From the NCBI GenBank assembly GCA_040954595.2, contig CM082580.2, positions 11,608,909 to 11,672,908 of the forward strand: a stretch of DNA of 64,000 nt, read 5' to 3'. The notes under the pieces are model-generated. The model was given only the letters and a program-made list of their open reading frames with translations. It was not told the origin of the DNA and did no database searches. This DNA is from Balanoglossus misakiensis (lineage: Eukaryota; Animalia; Hemichordata). Every line of letters begins with the position of its first letter. Within the stretch, counting starts at the first letter, position 1. Shown in pieces: positions 53,006 through 64,000 of the stretch. Position numbers and translations under genes: made by a program.

Positions 53006-56000
53006 CTATGGAGCATCAACTGATCTATAGTATTCCTTGAGAGGTGCCAGCAGATGCTTGATGACAGGGACACCCCAAATCTGGCAAATTAACTGCTGTC
53101 TCTGCAGCACAAAAAAAGAAAAAAAACACTGAATATCAAACCTGTATGACCAGTGGGTTTCAAGGATGTCAATTGGTGATGGACAGATAATTCGGCTAAT
53201 ATTCCTCATCACTTACAGCGGAGCTTAAAACTAGAATATAGTTAATTCTCGCTACCTTTTTGCTACCTAGGTGAGGGATGAAAATATCATATGGTTGACA
53301 AAATTTAAAGTCAATTTCAAGTCAACATACAGCGAGTTGTCGACCTTTTTACCCAGAATGCACTTATAATAACACGATTTGATCCCCTAGCACAAAGTAA
53401 AAACCTATTCTAAAGAACTGTATTGATAATGGTAACAATTATCATTAGGAACTTGTTGTTTACCTCGCCTGTTTTGCTACCAGTATGCACAGGCATATAA
53501 CAGTCCTCAAAATCATCGTCTGCAGATTCTGAAACTATTGTCGCTTGTGGCCTGAAAACATTCAAAAGGGGAATTTGTATAAATCATCAGTTGCATATAC
53601 AGTTATGACCTCTCATATACATGTGTGCACGCATGTCCATGAACAAAATCTCATCAACAGCCAGCCTGCACTGCGGTGACCAAGTATCAAGCAGCGGTTT
53701 TTAAGTTTTTGATGTGAATGGACATACATACATCCAATATCCATACATACAGATCCCAATGGTATATCTAAATACATCAAATGTGTTTATTGAGCGTACA
53801 TGCATACCTGTCCATAGCTGGTAAGTTACCCCAGACGAGTCTTGATTTATGATTGTGGGCTTCTGAAAAAACCTCTGCATCCAAAGTTATAGGCTCCGTC
53901 TATCAACATGTTGACAGGTGCAAAAATAGTATTGGTATAACACAAACGAGAAATGAGTAAATTATCTTAATGCCAACTTGAAATCTATTATTTTGTTGAA
54001 AGGGAAACGCTACAATATTCCTTTCGTGGCTATTATAGAATGTTGTTTGATGGTACATAAAACAAAACTTAAATCTGCAGTACTAAATTATAAATCTGAA
54101 ACAATTTGGTCACCCAATTTTTAATCCTTTCCACCCTCATTTCCCTGTATAAAGGTCCAGCATTTCTGTTGAAAACAATAGAATTGGACCAAACCATTGT
54201 GGTAAAAGGGTTAAAAAGGTCAAGCCTAAGTAATCCATTACCTTTAGCAATCTACATATTGTCTCCTCGCTCCAAGGCATCATATCTGGCACATTTTCAT
54301 AGAGCCAGAAGAAAGGTCGTTCACCCGAAGATTGCTTGAGTTCGTCTAAAATACGTACAAACTCAAAGAAGAGGGTGCCACTGCCATCTGGATGGATAAA
54401 TAAAACCAGATGTTAAGTGAACATCCTTGCAAGTTTTGAATATAGATGCAAATTAGCAATTGACTTGAGATTTTGTGTTTTTATATACCGGTACTTAATA
54501 AGTAACATCTTTAGCAAAGTTCAATCTGCGATCAATGCTGGGAAACACGTACACTTGAAATTACAGGGATGATACCTACCTGGATCGTAAATACTCTTTT
54601 TGTTGGGATTTGCCATAGACAGGTCATTACAGGGACTGCCACCAAGAAGCAGATCAATAGGCCCCCATTCTTGCAACTGATGAATTATACAAAAGAATGC
54701 AAAACACAATGTGAATCTTCAAAGCTATACATGACATGCGACAGGATGGCAAAACAAATGAATTAGGCAAATCAGAAATTAAAGTAATTGACAAGATATA
54801 TTGCACATATAGTGGGTACATCTCATTACAATCAGACATCTTAATAGTTAGATCAGTATCCATAGCAAGTATGGTCACTATCTTGAGCAGTTCATGAAAA
54901 TGATATGGTAAAGATATACACTTAGGAATATAACGCTATTTGCACAATTTCATGCAGACTCAACATTGCTTTTATGTCACACAGTGTCAGATACTTGCCA
55001 TCTCTTTGGTGACACTGCGGATGCTACCAACATAGTCGATGGGGCCTAGGTGTTCGGTTGGAGTCATTTGATAGACATTCTCAGCTTCTGTTGCATAGTA
55101 TGCATCTACCTTGATGCCAAGCTCTTCCAGAGCCGATAATCCTTGTGAATCAATGAAATGTTTGAATACCGTACAATCAGTCAGTATTGCTATGAATTGC
55201 ATTAAATTTCACGACTTCATTTTATTTTCATATACAATGTTTCATGCGATAGATTTACCTGTTGCAACATCCTCATACAGAGACAAGACCGTCATTGGTC
55301 TTCTATCCCACATATAAGGAGGCAAGAACTGTGGGCCCACATTTGGAGAACTTTCACTAGCGAAGATGTCCACAAGTCTCTCTCTCCAATCTTCCCGGCG
55401 TCTCAGAAAACCAGGGCACACTGGTCTGCACAAGTAGCATAACCAGGGATTCTGTAGTCTAGCCTTTGTGGGTGATGATGACAAAACCATAAAGACAATC
55501 AAAAAACAAGAAAAATCTGCCAAGCCTTCCGGTTAAAAAATGAAATAAAATTATTGCATTCACAATATACAAGTAGATTGAAATTTTCCTGGCATTTAAC
55601 ACAATCAGCAACCATAAAACCACATGCAATATGCATTTTGAATAAGGTGTAAGTTACTGTGGATTATTTGTGTTTTTTATTTTTAGGGTTATTTGAGTGG
55701 AGTTCTCAGACCTTCTTAACTCCACCTGGTCCTTCAAAAGCCTCCACACAACTTGTACAAAAAATGCGGGAACAGTTGTCATTATCACAAATGATACTCT
55801 CTTTTCCCTCAGAGCAAATGGAGCAGACAGCCTGGTAAAAACAAAAGTACAATATTATAAAACCAATCAAAACAGTACTTGCAGCAATGTAAGTCTGCTC
55901 CCATTAAGTTCTTCAAATTCTGATAAACATGCAATTTTTGTCACGTTCTAAGTCAAAGCTCATTCTGAAGGTTTCTCTTTCAAGAATATAGCAAACTTTA

Positions 56001-59000
56001 TCACTCAAGATTTCTTAAAGAGTGCAAACTACATCAAAGGGTAAAACACACACCAAAACATGAGCCAATTGTACCTCACCTGACGGAAGTCTTTGTCATA
56101 TATGAATGCTGACCTTTGGAAATTCACCTGTAAATCGAAACAAAAGTTGATGTGACCAACTTCACCTGATATACCATGAAACTAAGTGCGTCAACCAAAA
56201 TCACGCGAAACTGCCAGAAAATACTTCCCCAATGATAACCATCTGGCATCCTATTATTTGTTTTTAAAAAGATAAAGATTATTCAGTTTGTAGAAGTGAT
56301 TGTTAGTGAATTCCAAATGTTCGATATTTTTCTCAAACTTCACTCAAGTTTGATTTGATTTTGAACCTCACCTTACATCTGCCACACAGACCCCCTTCCA
56401 CAAGAGGGTGTTCCACCACTACCTTGCTGCTGCCACAGCCAACGCACACGTCTGGAAAAAAAAGTGCAGAATAAAACGGAAAAGTTCCTGATTTTGCAAC
56501 AGAAATGGCCTTAGCCAGTTCTCATGTCTATGTGGGTCTTGAATTGGTTGCTTGGAAATAAAATATTTAGGGATGGTACAGTCATCGCGATTTCCCCTGA
56601 AGAGCTGTTACAGCAACTCAGACCACATATCTTGCAAATGAAGCCTGCATGGAGGGACAATCGAGTCACATCCTTCAACAAACTATTTCAGAGAAGTAAC
56701 ACAATAAGAGATTGCTGTAAATAATCTATACACATATGTCCTGACATGACATGCAAATACATCCACATAAAAGTACTTGTTCAGAATCTTTGATTACGTT
56801 TGGAAAGCAAAAAATCCTACCTTTCAAATTGTATTTGCCCTTTTTCATGCCCAACTTTACTTGTCTAAGTTTCCGAGCTATAAAGTAGAAAATGCATATA
56901 TCATGCATGAGAATGATCAGCAAGGAATTTTTGTAACTTCTCCGTCACATAATTTCCCGAACAATGAAGGGATATAGGTTTGGACAAGTTTTTGTGGTCA
57001 GACGTTGTAATTTGAAATGGTATATTTACCTCGATGTTCACCCGCAACAACATATGTTTCTTCTTCATCGGTCTCTGCATTCTTTTCAATGTCTGCAATT
57101 TGACAGCAAGAATAATCATATTAATGTACACTGTGATTTCAAAGTAAGAGTAAGACTTTGTTGTAACAAGGAGAGGATGACAGTATGGTATGTTCTGTCA
57201 AGTGTCTGATGTCTACAATATTTATATAGATTCTGTTACCGACATCTCATACCTAAGTATTTACCAGTAGATCACTGGCGCCTTTTGGCTGCATCAGTTA
57301 ACTTATCAAGTTCATATACTATCACAGTGTTTGTTACGGTAATTATGTTGTCTACAATTCTCACATGCAGATAAAATTAAGTAGCACCTTCCGTTGGCTT
57401 CAGTGAGGAGGGACCATCAGGTGGGAAGCCTTCTCTTGCCCAAGAGATCTTCTCAACACACGCTCGTGACATGCCAGATGTTACCAGTCTTGTCTTCTGA
57501 AGCATTTTCTGGGACATGGCAATCTTTCTTCTTTTAGGTGTTGAAGCGATGTCCTCATCTTCCTCATCTTCTGAATCGGTGTCGTATTCTGAAATCTTGA
57601 AAGACTTCTTGGCTCTAAAACATGCCATCTGTATAAACATAAATAATTATAAACTGGCCATGGTGTAATATTTTTGCTCGCAGATCACTGTCACAATTAT
57701 TTAAAATCTGGATAGCATAAAACAATGACAAAGTAATCTAATTGACCAAAGTAAATCATATAATACCTCAAAATACTACTTACATCAAAAACTTTACATA
57801 TTGCGTACTTGTATACCTCATCCCCTTCAAAGTGCTTTTCAGAGAAACAGTCATTGAACTTGTGAAATGGTTGCAAACCTTTCACATTGACCTGAGAAAA
57901 GTGAATGAATAAGTTAATTCTAGCTATTAGCAAACTATACATAAACATTACACTCTGTGAGGGAAATAAGTAAAAAGAAATTGTATACATGTACTATCAG
58001 TCATGTCCTCAGGGTAAACACTATAGCCAAGAGGTGTGTCAGCTCCAGGCCCATGACTGAATCGACACTAACCTTTTGGTATTTTCTAATCCTTTGTTAG
58101 ACAGTCTTTTTCTTTTCTCAGTATGTAACTTGCAATTCTTTGACTTTTGACCAAAAAGCCAAAATTACCATTAAAGTATAATAATAAGTCTAACTCAGGT
58201 CAACCCCAGGTAACAGAAATTGAGGCATTCAGTTTCACAATCAGTGCTACAGTATTACATAGAAATAACAATGTACCTTTGAATGCTTCAAGTCACCAAA
58301 CCACTGCACCCATCTGCAATTTGGACCAGGATCTGTATTGCCATCCTCTATCATAGCAGGCCACCAAGGATATCCTTTCAGTTTGGCCCAAACCAATTCT
58401 CCTTCGATGTACTGTTCATTCGCCTGTTAGGAGAGGTATACAGGTCACGACTTAAAATTACTATTGTTTTCTTTTGCAACTGAAGCCGAGTGTGATAGAT
58501 CAATGAGAAGTTTGAAATGTACTTTTAAAACAAATATTGCAATAATGAATGATACTCCCCTCACTGCGAGATCTCACGAGATTTGGTTAGTTACCATAGC
58601 AATGGTTCCTAGCCAAGTAATAGTAATACAAGTCATGTCTTGTATGAAACTACAATAGGTTCAGAGTTTAACGAAAATTGTAACTTTTGTGCCGTTTTAA
58701 TAACACGATAGACCATGTGTTGTACTGTCACAGGAGAAATTCCGCCCATGTAAACTGATTTGCCACGTGAGATTTCGCTATGTCTCGTTCATTTCGGATA
58801 ATGGTCTATTGAAAGCTACATCCCCGGGGGGAATACACCCCAGTCCTGGTGACGTGCCAAGAACAAACTTCAAGGGATTTATATCAGTGCGCAAAAACGA
58901 AAAAAAAAAAACAGTCACTGTTGTGTCCTTCCAATTGAGATGACTTTCCCAATTCGTGACATGGACACCGTGACAGAGAAATGACATTATTTTAAAAATC

Positions 59001-59336
59001 TTTGGGCATTTTCTGCCTCTCCAACGCAAATTCTTCACGGATGGAAGTTCGCGGACACGGGACAGGATGAAAAGTGGTTTCTTTCCACTGATTTTTCGCG
59101 GAACTTTGATGATTCATATTCAATAGAAGTTGCAATAGAATTAGCAAATCAGTAGAATTTTCTCGAACATTTAGGGCAATTAATCCAAGTTGACATAGAT
59201 GATGCACGTCGTCGGGGGATCACACACTGAACGAACCGTGCCATCAAATTAGATCATACATGCGCGATCATTGTTTTTAGCATGGAAGTAGAAAAAACAC
59301 CGTGATTTGCTTAGAAATAACGATTTTACTTACCAT
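53006..59336 (-). CDS. DNMT3-family protein, PWWP-ADD-degenerate methyltransferase (~577 aa; probably catalytically impaired)
   Basis: 16 phase-compatible exons: 59334-59336 (ATG), 58277-58423 ([14 protein letters not shown]), 57784-57891, 57388-57628 ([11 protein letters not shown]), 57030-57092, 56821-56877, 56372-56451 (CVGCGS...[13 protein letters not shown]), 56080-56127, 55712-55831, 55259-55463, 54999-55141, 54580-54676 (GGSPCNDLS), 54242-54387 ([10 protein letters not shown]), 53808-53899 (WGNLP), 53464-53551, 53006-53101 ([17 protein letters not shown]). The total is 1,734 nt with no internal stop. Confidence 0.88.
54121..54214. mobile_element. TTAA-flanked ~94-bp MITE-like element (piggyBac-type ends)
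   Basis: ttaatcctttccacc ... ggtaaaagggttaa form imperfect terminal inverted repeats with TTAA at both ends. Related fragments lie at 3839, 15171, 47837 and 49544. Confidence 0.55.
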
Positions 59337-61055
59337 TTCCTCGCCTCAACTAATTCTCTCACCAACTAAAAGAATCAAAAGAAAGCAACTCTGCTTTGAG
59401 ACCCTCTAGCGTACCATCTAACTTTTAGCGCCCTTAGGTCACAAATATCTCTGGGAGGGGGGATGACTTGCAAACAAACAAAAAACTTCCGTTTTCGTTT
59501 CTATAATCCCATGATGCCTTCATCACTTGTATTTAAAAATGACCCCTTCTCCAATTTAAAGATTTTTGGAAGATTCTATTGGGAACGCGAATAGACTGAG
59601 AACACTGAGGTACATCCTTGGAATGCAAATACCCTCCGTTCATATAAAACGTATGCGCCCTTTTCACGATGAAGACCTGGGATGAAGGGATGGCATAATC
59701 GGAATGACCGATTTTAACGAGAAATGTTTCCTGGTAGTCTGGGCTAGGAAATAATAAAAATTCGAAGCGCCAAAGATTGGTCAGATTCTATCCTTTTTTA
59801 TTCCTGTGCGATGAGAGTACTCATGAAAGAGCATACACTGCCCTCATGTGACGATTCAACACTTCTGTTCTGGGTTTCAGAATGTAAGTTAATTGAGACA
59901 CAAATCGTAACCTTTGAAGGACACTTTTAGCAGAAATATGTGGAGTGACTGTGCAGAAACTTCGGGCTATTTTTGGACTGTTTTTGTTTTGCGCGTGTAA
60001 ACAAACACTTCTCGTTCTACCTTCCGTCAACATTTTGTAAGGGTTTTATTAGAGTAGTTTTCAAACCGAATCTCTACAAGTCTGATATTGCAAAGATCGC
60101 GTGGAAAATTAATTTAACTAGACCTATATATTATCCCAGCATAGCACATATACAGATTTTTTATCAACCAAACTTTCTAAGAGTAAGTGCGGATGTACTT
60201 TTCCAATTGTATGGGGTTTCCCAACATCACTGAAATGTGTTGTAATGTGCAATAAAGTTACTATCTTAGCTGTACCTCCCGCCATGCTCCTACGAAAGAG
60301 AACAACCAAGAAAAGTCGTTGAGACGCCAAAGTATATAGTCTTAGGCCTAATCTCCGGGTTTTCGCGTTAAAATAAAAACCCAAGGTTAATTCTGATCCA
60401 CGAACCTTTTCATTACAGAACTAAATTTAATGTTCTATTGATTACAAACTTTAAAACATATATGTAAATCAACATCACTGACATTGTATATACCTTCTGA
60501 ATTTTTGAAAAGTCATACATGTATGATGTAGTTTTGAAATTCATCAGAAGCTTGGAATATACATTATTCGAAACATATTGATTACTAGGAAACTCTTTGC
60601 AATCCTGTATTTATTTGAGTTGAACTTTGTGTAGGGACTTGTTACCTCTGCTGTGTTCTTTTACCTTTTGATGAATTCATAATGACGACATTGCATTGAA
60701 AGACACTTATTGTATAGTACTCTCGTACTGGTTTTCCCACGGCGCATACTAATGAAACACAGTGCACACACAGTATGGACATATGGACAGGGTTTCTTTG
60801 GAAACTGCAAAAGTTACAGGGGGACTAGAATCGAAAGTGTCGATTTTCTAGTTATGTATTTCCCAACGTTGCCGTAATAAGTCACACTGCCGCCAGACGG
60901 GGCCGAGCCGAACGGATATTAGTGAGTGCGCCACTATGGGGTCGGTGCAGAGCGAAATGAAACACCCACGGGAAAGTGGAATAGCCCTGACACTCTCGCT
61001 ATCCGCGCGTCCGCGCTCTATCCCACTGTACGCGTACGCGCAGAAGAAGATCAAA

Positions 61056-62736
61056 ATGGCGGTGAAACACTGTGACAGTTTCCAATTGGTACTGATTTTA
61101 GCCGTTATTGCGACAGTTTTCGGTCTTTCAAACAAACAGCAAGGTACGTGACACACAACCTGTCGATTTCACGTCGACAGGGGGGCCAGATTTCCTTCGA
61201 AATTGAAGAAAGTCCGGGTTTAAGCTGGTGATCGCAGCGCCTGGTACGGATTAAGTTTCCGTCTGTATATAGATAGGTGTGACATGCACATGCCTCACCT
61301 TTTATTACCTTGTTGACGTTGTATTGTTTTATAACTTACACATTATCTGTGCCATTTGCAAATCATCCACCATATCCGCATGATTCACCATGACGAAGAG
61401 GAAGTCACCCACACACAAATCGTCATTGGACTTTCCCATACTTAACAGGTGGTGGTCTACATAAACACCGGCACAAAAACGGTACAATTTACTGCTTGGA
61501 ATGGTAGTAGGCTAAATATTGCGCATTACATAAGGCGCGCCTGTCAACAATAAATACATTCAAGACTTCGATGAGAGTAGCTGGGAGTGTCAATTTCTAT
61601 TATTAAAAAAAATGAAATATTTATATAGATATCAGTACGAAGACACATTCAAATACCAAGCTGAAATGATACATGATATATACTAGTTCACTGCTGTGAT
61701 GGACTTGCAATGTATACATTTCTAATGATGGAATATTCTGTTGAGGTTATTGCGCTGTACAACATTTGTTTTTAATATTAACCTTTTTTCACATACATAT
61801 AATCAGTTAATAATTAATCAGAGCTGATTGTTGGTATGGGCAGTGTGTAATAAAAAACAATCAAACCATAAAACATTTATTTGGTTAGGGTTGTGTGGAA
61901 TGTCTGTAACCTTGGATTATTTTTTGTTCAATTCTGTCTGACAGTTGCTTAATTTTGGACTATCTACGCTTACGTATACAGCCAGCCTACACATGAAATA
62001 TTGTTATACCTGAAGAAAAAAAGCCATTCTCACACTTTAACAATAGTTGCTTGGCAACCAAAACATTGGGAATGGAGGAAGAGGAAGTCAGAAGTCACAA
62101 CATCAGCTCTTGGACACAACAGATCCCAATGAGTGACTAAATATTTCTTTTGGTCATTTCCGTTGATTTTCCAGATCTCGAGGGAGAATACAGCTTTCTG
62201 ACCTCAGGCAAGCAAGACAAGACGCTGAAGACGATAGTCGATGTTGATTTTGACATTGAGAAAGATCATCGGCCGAAAAGATTCAAACGTGGAGCGGATG
62301 ATGAAGTGCCACCAACACCGGATGAACTTTTTGAATTTCTGGTATGGTATAGCTGATAACTAACATTAACAATAGGGCATTTTTGCATAAAAGAAAATAG
62401 AGCAGACACTGTGTAGAATGGATGCCCCAAAGTCCAGTCTCCATCTAGGCATTAGGTGCCATATTCTCTGTTGATTATACCGATTAACATGGTTCGTACT
62501 ATATATAAATTGCCATTACATGTACTGGTAGGTCATGACAAACTAGACCATGACGTGGTTATTTGATATATCCTTCTTCATGTGTACATTTTTATCCACA
62601 TGTTTTCCTATTATACCAGGACCATCACAAATACTACACATCAAAGTTCCTGTCAAGTGCTGATGATCTGTGGGTTGACTTAGACCAAAGGGGTTCTGAG
62701 CATGGTAAATTATCTGACAGGCATCTAACAGCAGTG
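61056..62736 (+). CDS. Plexin domain-containing protein (PLXDC1/2-like), first three coding exons, 3'-partial
   Basis: Exon 61056-61143 encodes a signal peptide (MAVKHCDSFQLVLILAVIATVFG). Exon 62175-62341 has a furin-like site (RPKRFKR). Exon 62620-62736 (DHHKYYTSKF...DLWVDLD...HGKLSDRHLTA) resembles PLXDC2 DHNYYISRI...DLWVNID...HGILSNTHRQA. The gene continues beyond the window. Confidence 0.75.
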
Positions 62737-64000
62737 GTAAGTATGTGTTCTCAACAGATATGTTCCCTGGTTTCCCTATTTTTTTTTTTTTTTTTTATCA
62801 GTGGGTTTATCACAGCTTTCTGAATGAACAAATGCTATCATCATGCCTAAAATATGCAAGCTGGATTATTCTATTCACAACCAGTACTTTCAAAGCTGAC
62901 AGATATAGTCTCACCAAACATGGCTTAAAATCTTGAGGCTCCGAGCTCAATCCCTGCAAAGCCACATATGTGAGTGTGGCTGTATAAGATTTCTTGGTAA
63001 GCTCATTATAGGCATCCTTCACTGTCATCCATAGAAGTCATTACGTCGTGGCAGTCAGGATGAGACTTCAGACCACAGTCATTATTATTTTGTATGTCTG
63101 ATCAATACAAGCAGTCTGAATACATATACATGTATGTGCTTCCAAATGACAAAAGAACATGTATGGAAATTTAATTTATGAAAGCAGAACAATGGGATGG
63201 GTCTGTTTCTGACAGCTGGGATGTACATGGCTGTATTGAAAGTTATAAAATGCAAAAAACAGGTTGATTGTTTTTGTTGTTGATGGCAAATTGAAATAAT
63301 CAGGCAAGATTATATCTTTATGATAAATCACCAAGCCATAATGCCACTTATACGTGATGACACATTAAAATGGGAAAATGATGATTGCGTTTCAATTACT
63401 TAGGATTGTTTGTGAGAGCCATTAAACTGGTGAGATTTTTTTTTCTTGTTCAAAATACTCCCTAGGGAGCCTTGAGCAGACAGTATAATAAAGTAGAAAC
63501 AAAATTTCTGATCAGGCAATTTGCCTATTTGCCATTATTCTCTATGGAGGAGTCCAAGCCTGTCTCAACTTGCTCTAGTGTCATGTTATATATGTCAAAT
63601 GAAAATGATAAATTGTTAGAGCCCTGAGGTTGATAATATGATAAATTACCTCTTCTGTGTGCGGGTACTGGACATGGCAACCAAGCCTGAAAGTCAAAAA
63701 CACAGTAAATTTATCCATTTTCTAAATTCAAAATCACTTTCAGTGTGCAAATATCTCCGTAATTTAATTGTGGATCACTTATGGATGTTTGAATATTGCA
63801 AGAGACAGAATGTAGTAATGGTTCATTAGACATGTGGATATTAACACATCACTGCACAAACTGCAGGTATAGTAAAAGAAATCCAGCCAAACCTTGTTGT
63901 CTTGATTCTACAGAGTGAAGTTGCAATAGTCTCTGTGAAACAATCATTACCACTTCTGTCTGTTTTGATATCAACTTTTAATCAGAAAATAGATGTAGCA

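Noticed and set aside
57253-57318. Possible extra DNMT3-like exon
   Set aside because: It introduces an in-frame TGA in the required phase, and the flanking exons already join in frame.
53006-59336. DNMT3-like locus as a pseudogene, or as a true DNMT3L ortholog
   Set aside because: All 16 exons join without stop or frameshift and the reader residues are conserved, which argues against a pseudogene. The PWWP domain and retained PC motif argue against simple DNMT3L orthology. Neither is formally excluded.
59821-60384. Short ORFs between the DNMT3-like and PLXDC-like genes
   Set aside because: No homology or transposase motifs recognised; likely chance ORFs.

Overview
AT-rich, intron-dense animal genomic DNA, probably a marine invertebrate deuterostome (inference, not proven). 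Seven spliced genes were reconstructed by hand. (1) The 3' part of a MAM-array membrane receptor (MALRD1-like): about 19 consecutive MAM domains, one LDLa module, a TM helix and an NPxY tail; + strand, <1..22195. (2) A predicted secreted ~3,600-aa protein with about 90 LDLa modules and a C-terminal coiled coil; 86 modules lie in one 9,657-bp exon built from 222/228-bp near-identical units; + strand, 23087..37777. (3) HIBCH, (4) CCDC148, (5) PNKD-like hydrolase and (6) a DNMT3-family gene, all on the - strand. (7) The 5' exons of a PLXDC-like gene (+). The most notable feature is the DNMT3-family gene. It has an open 16-exon frame with intact PWWP and ADD histone readers and intact PC/ENV motifs, but degenerate SAM-binding motifs and no target-recognition domain, so it resembles a DNMT3L/DNMT3B3-style accessory subunit. 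The second is the giant LDLa tandem-array protein. No rRNA, tRNA, CRISPR or autonomous transposon was recognised. Exon models need RNA-seq confirmation.
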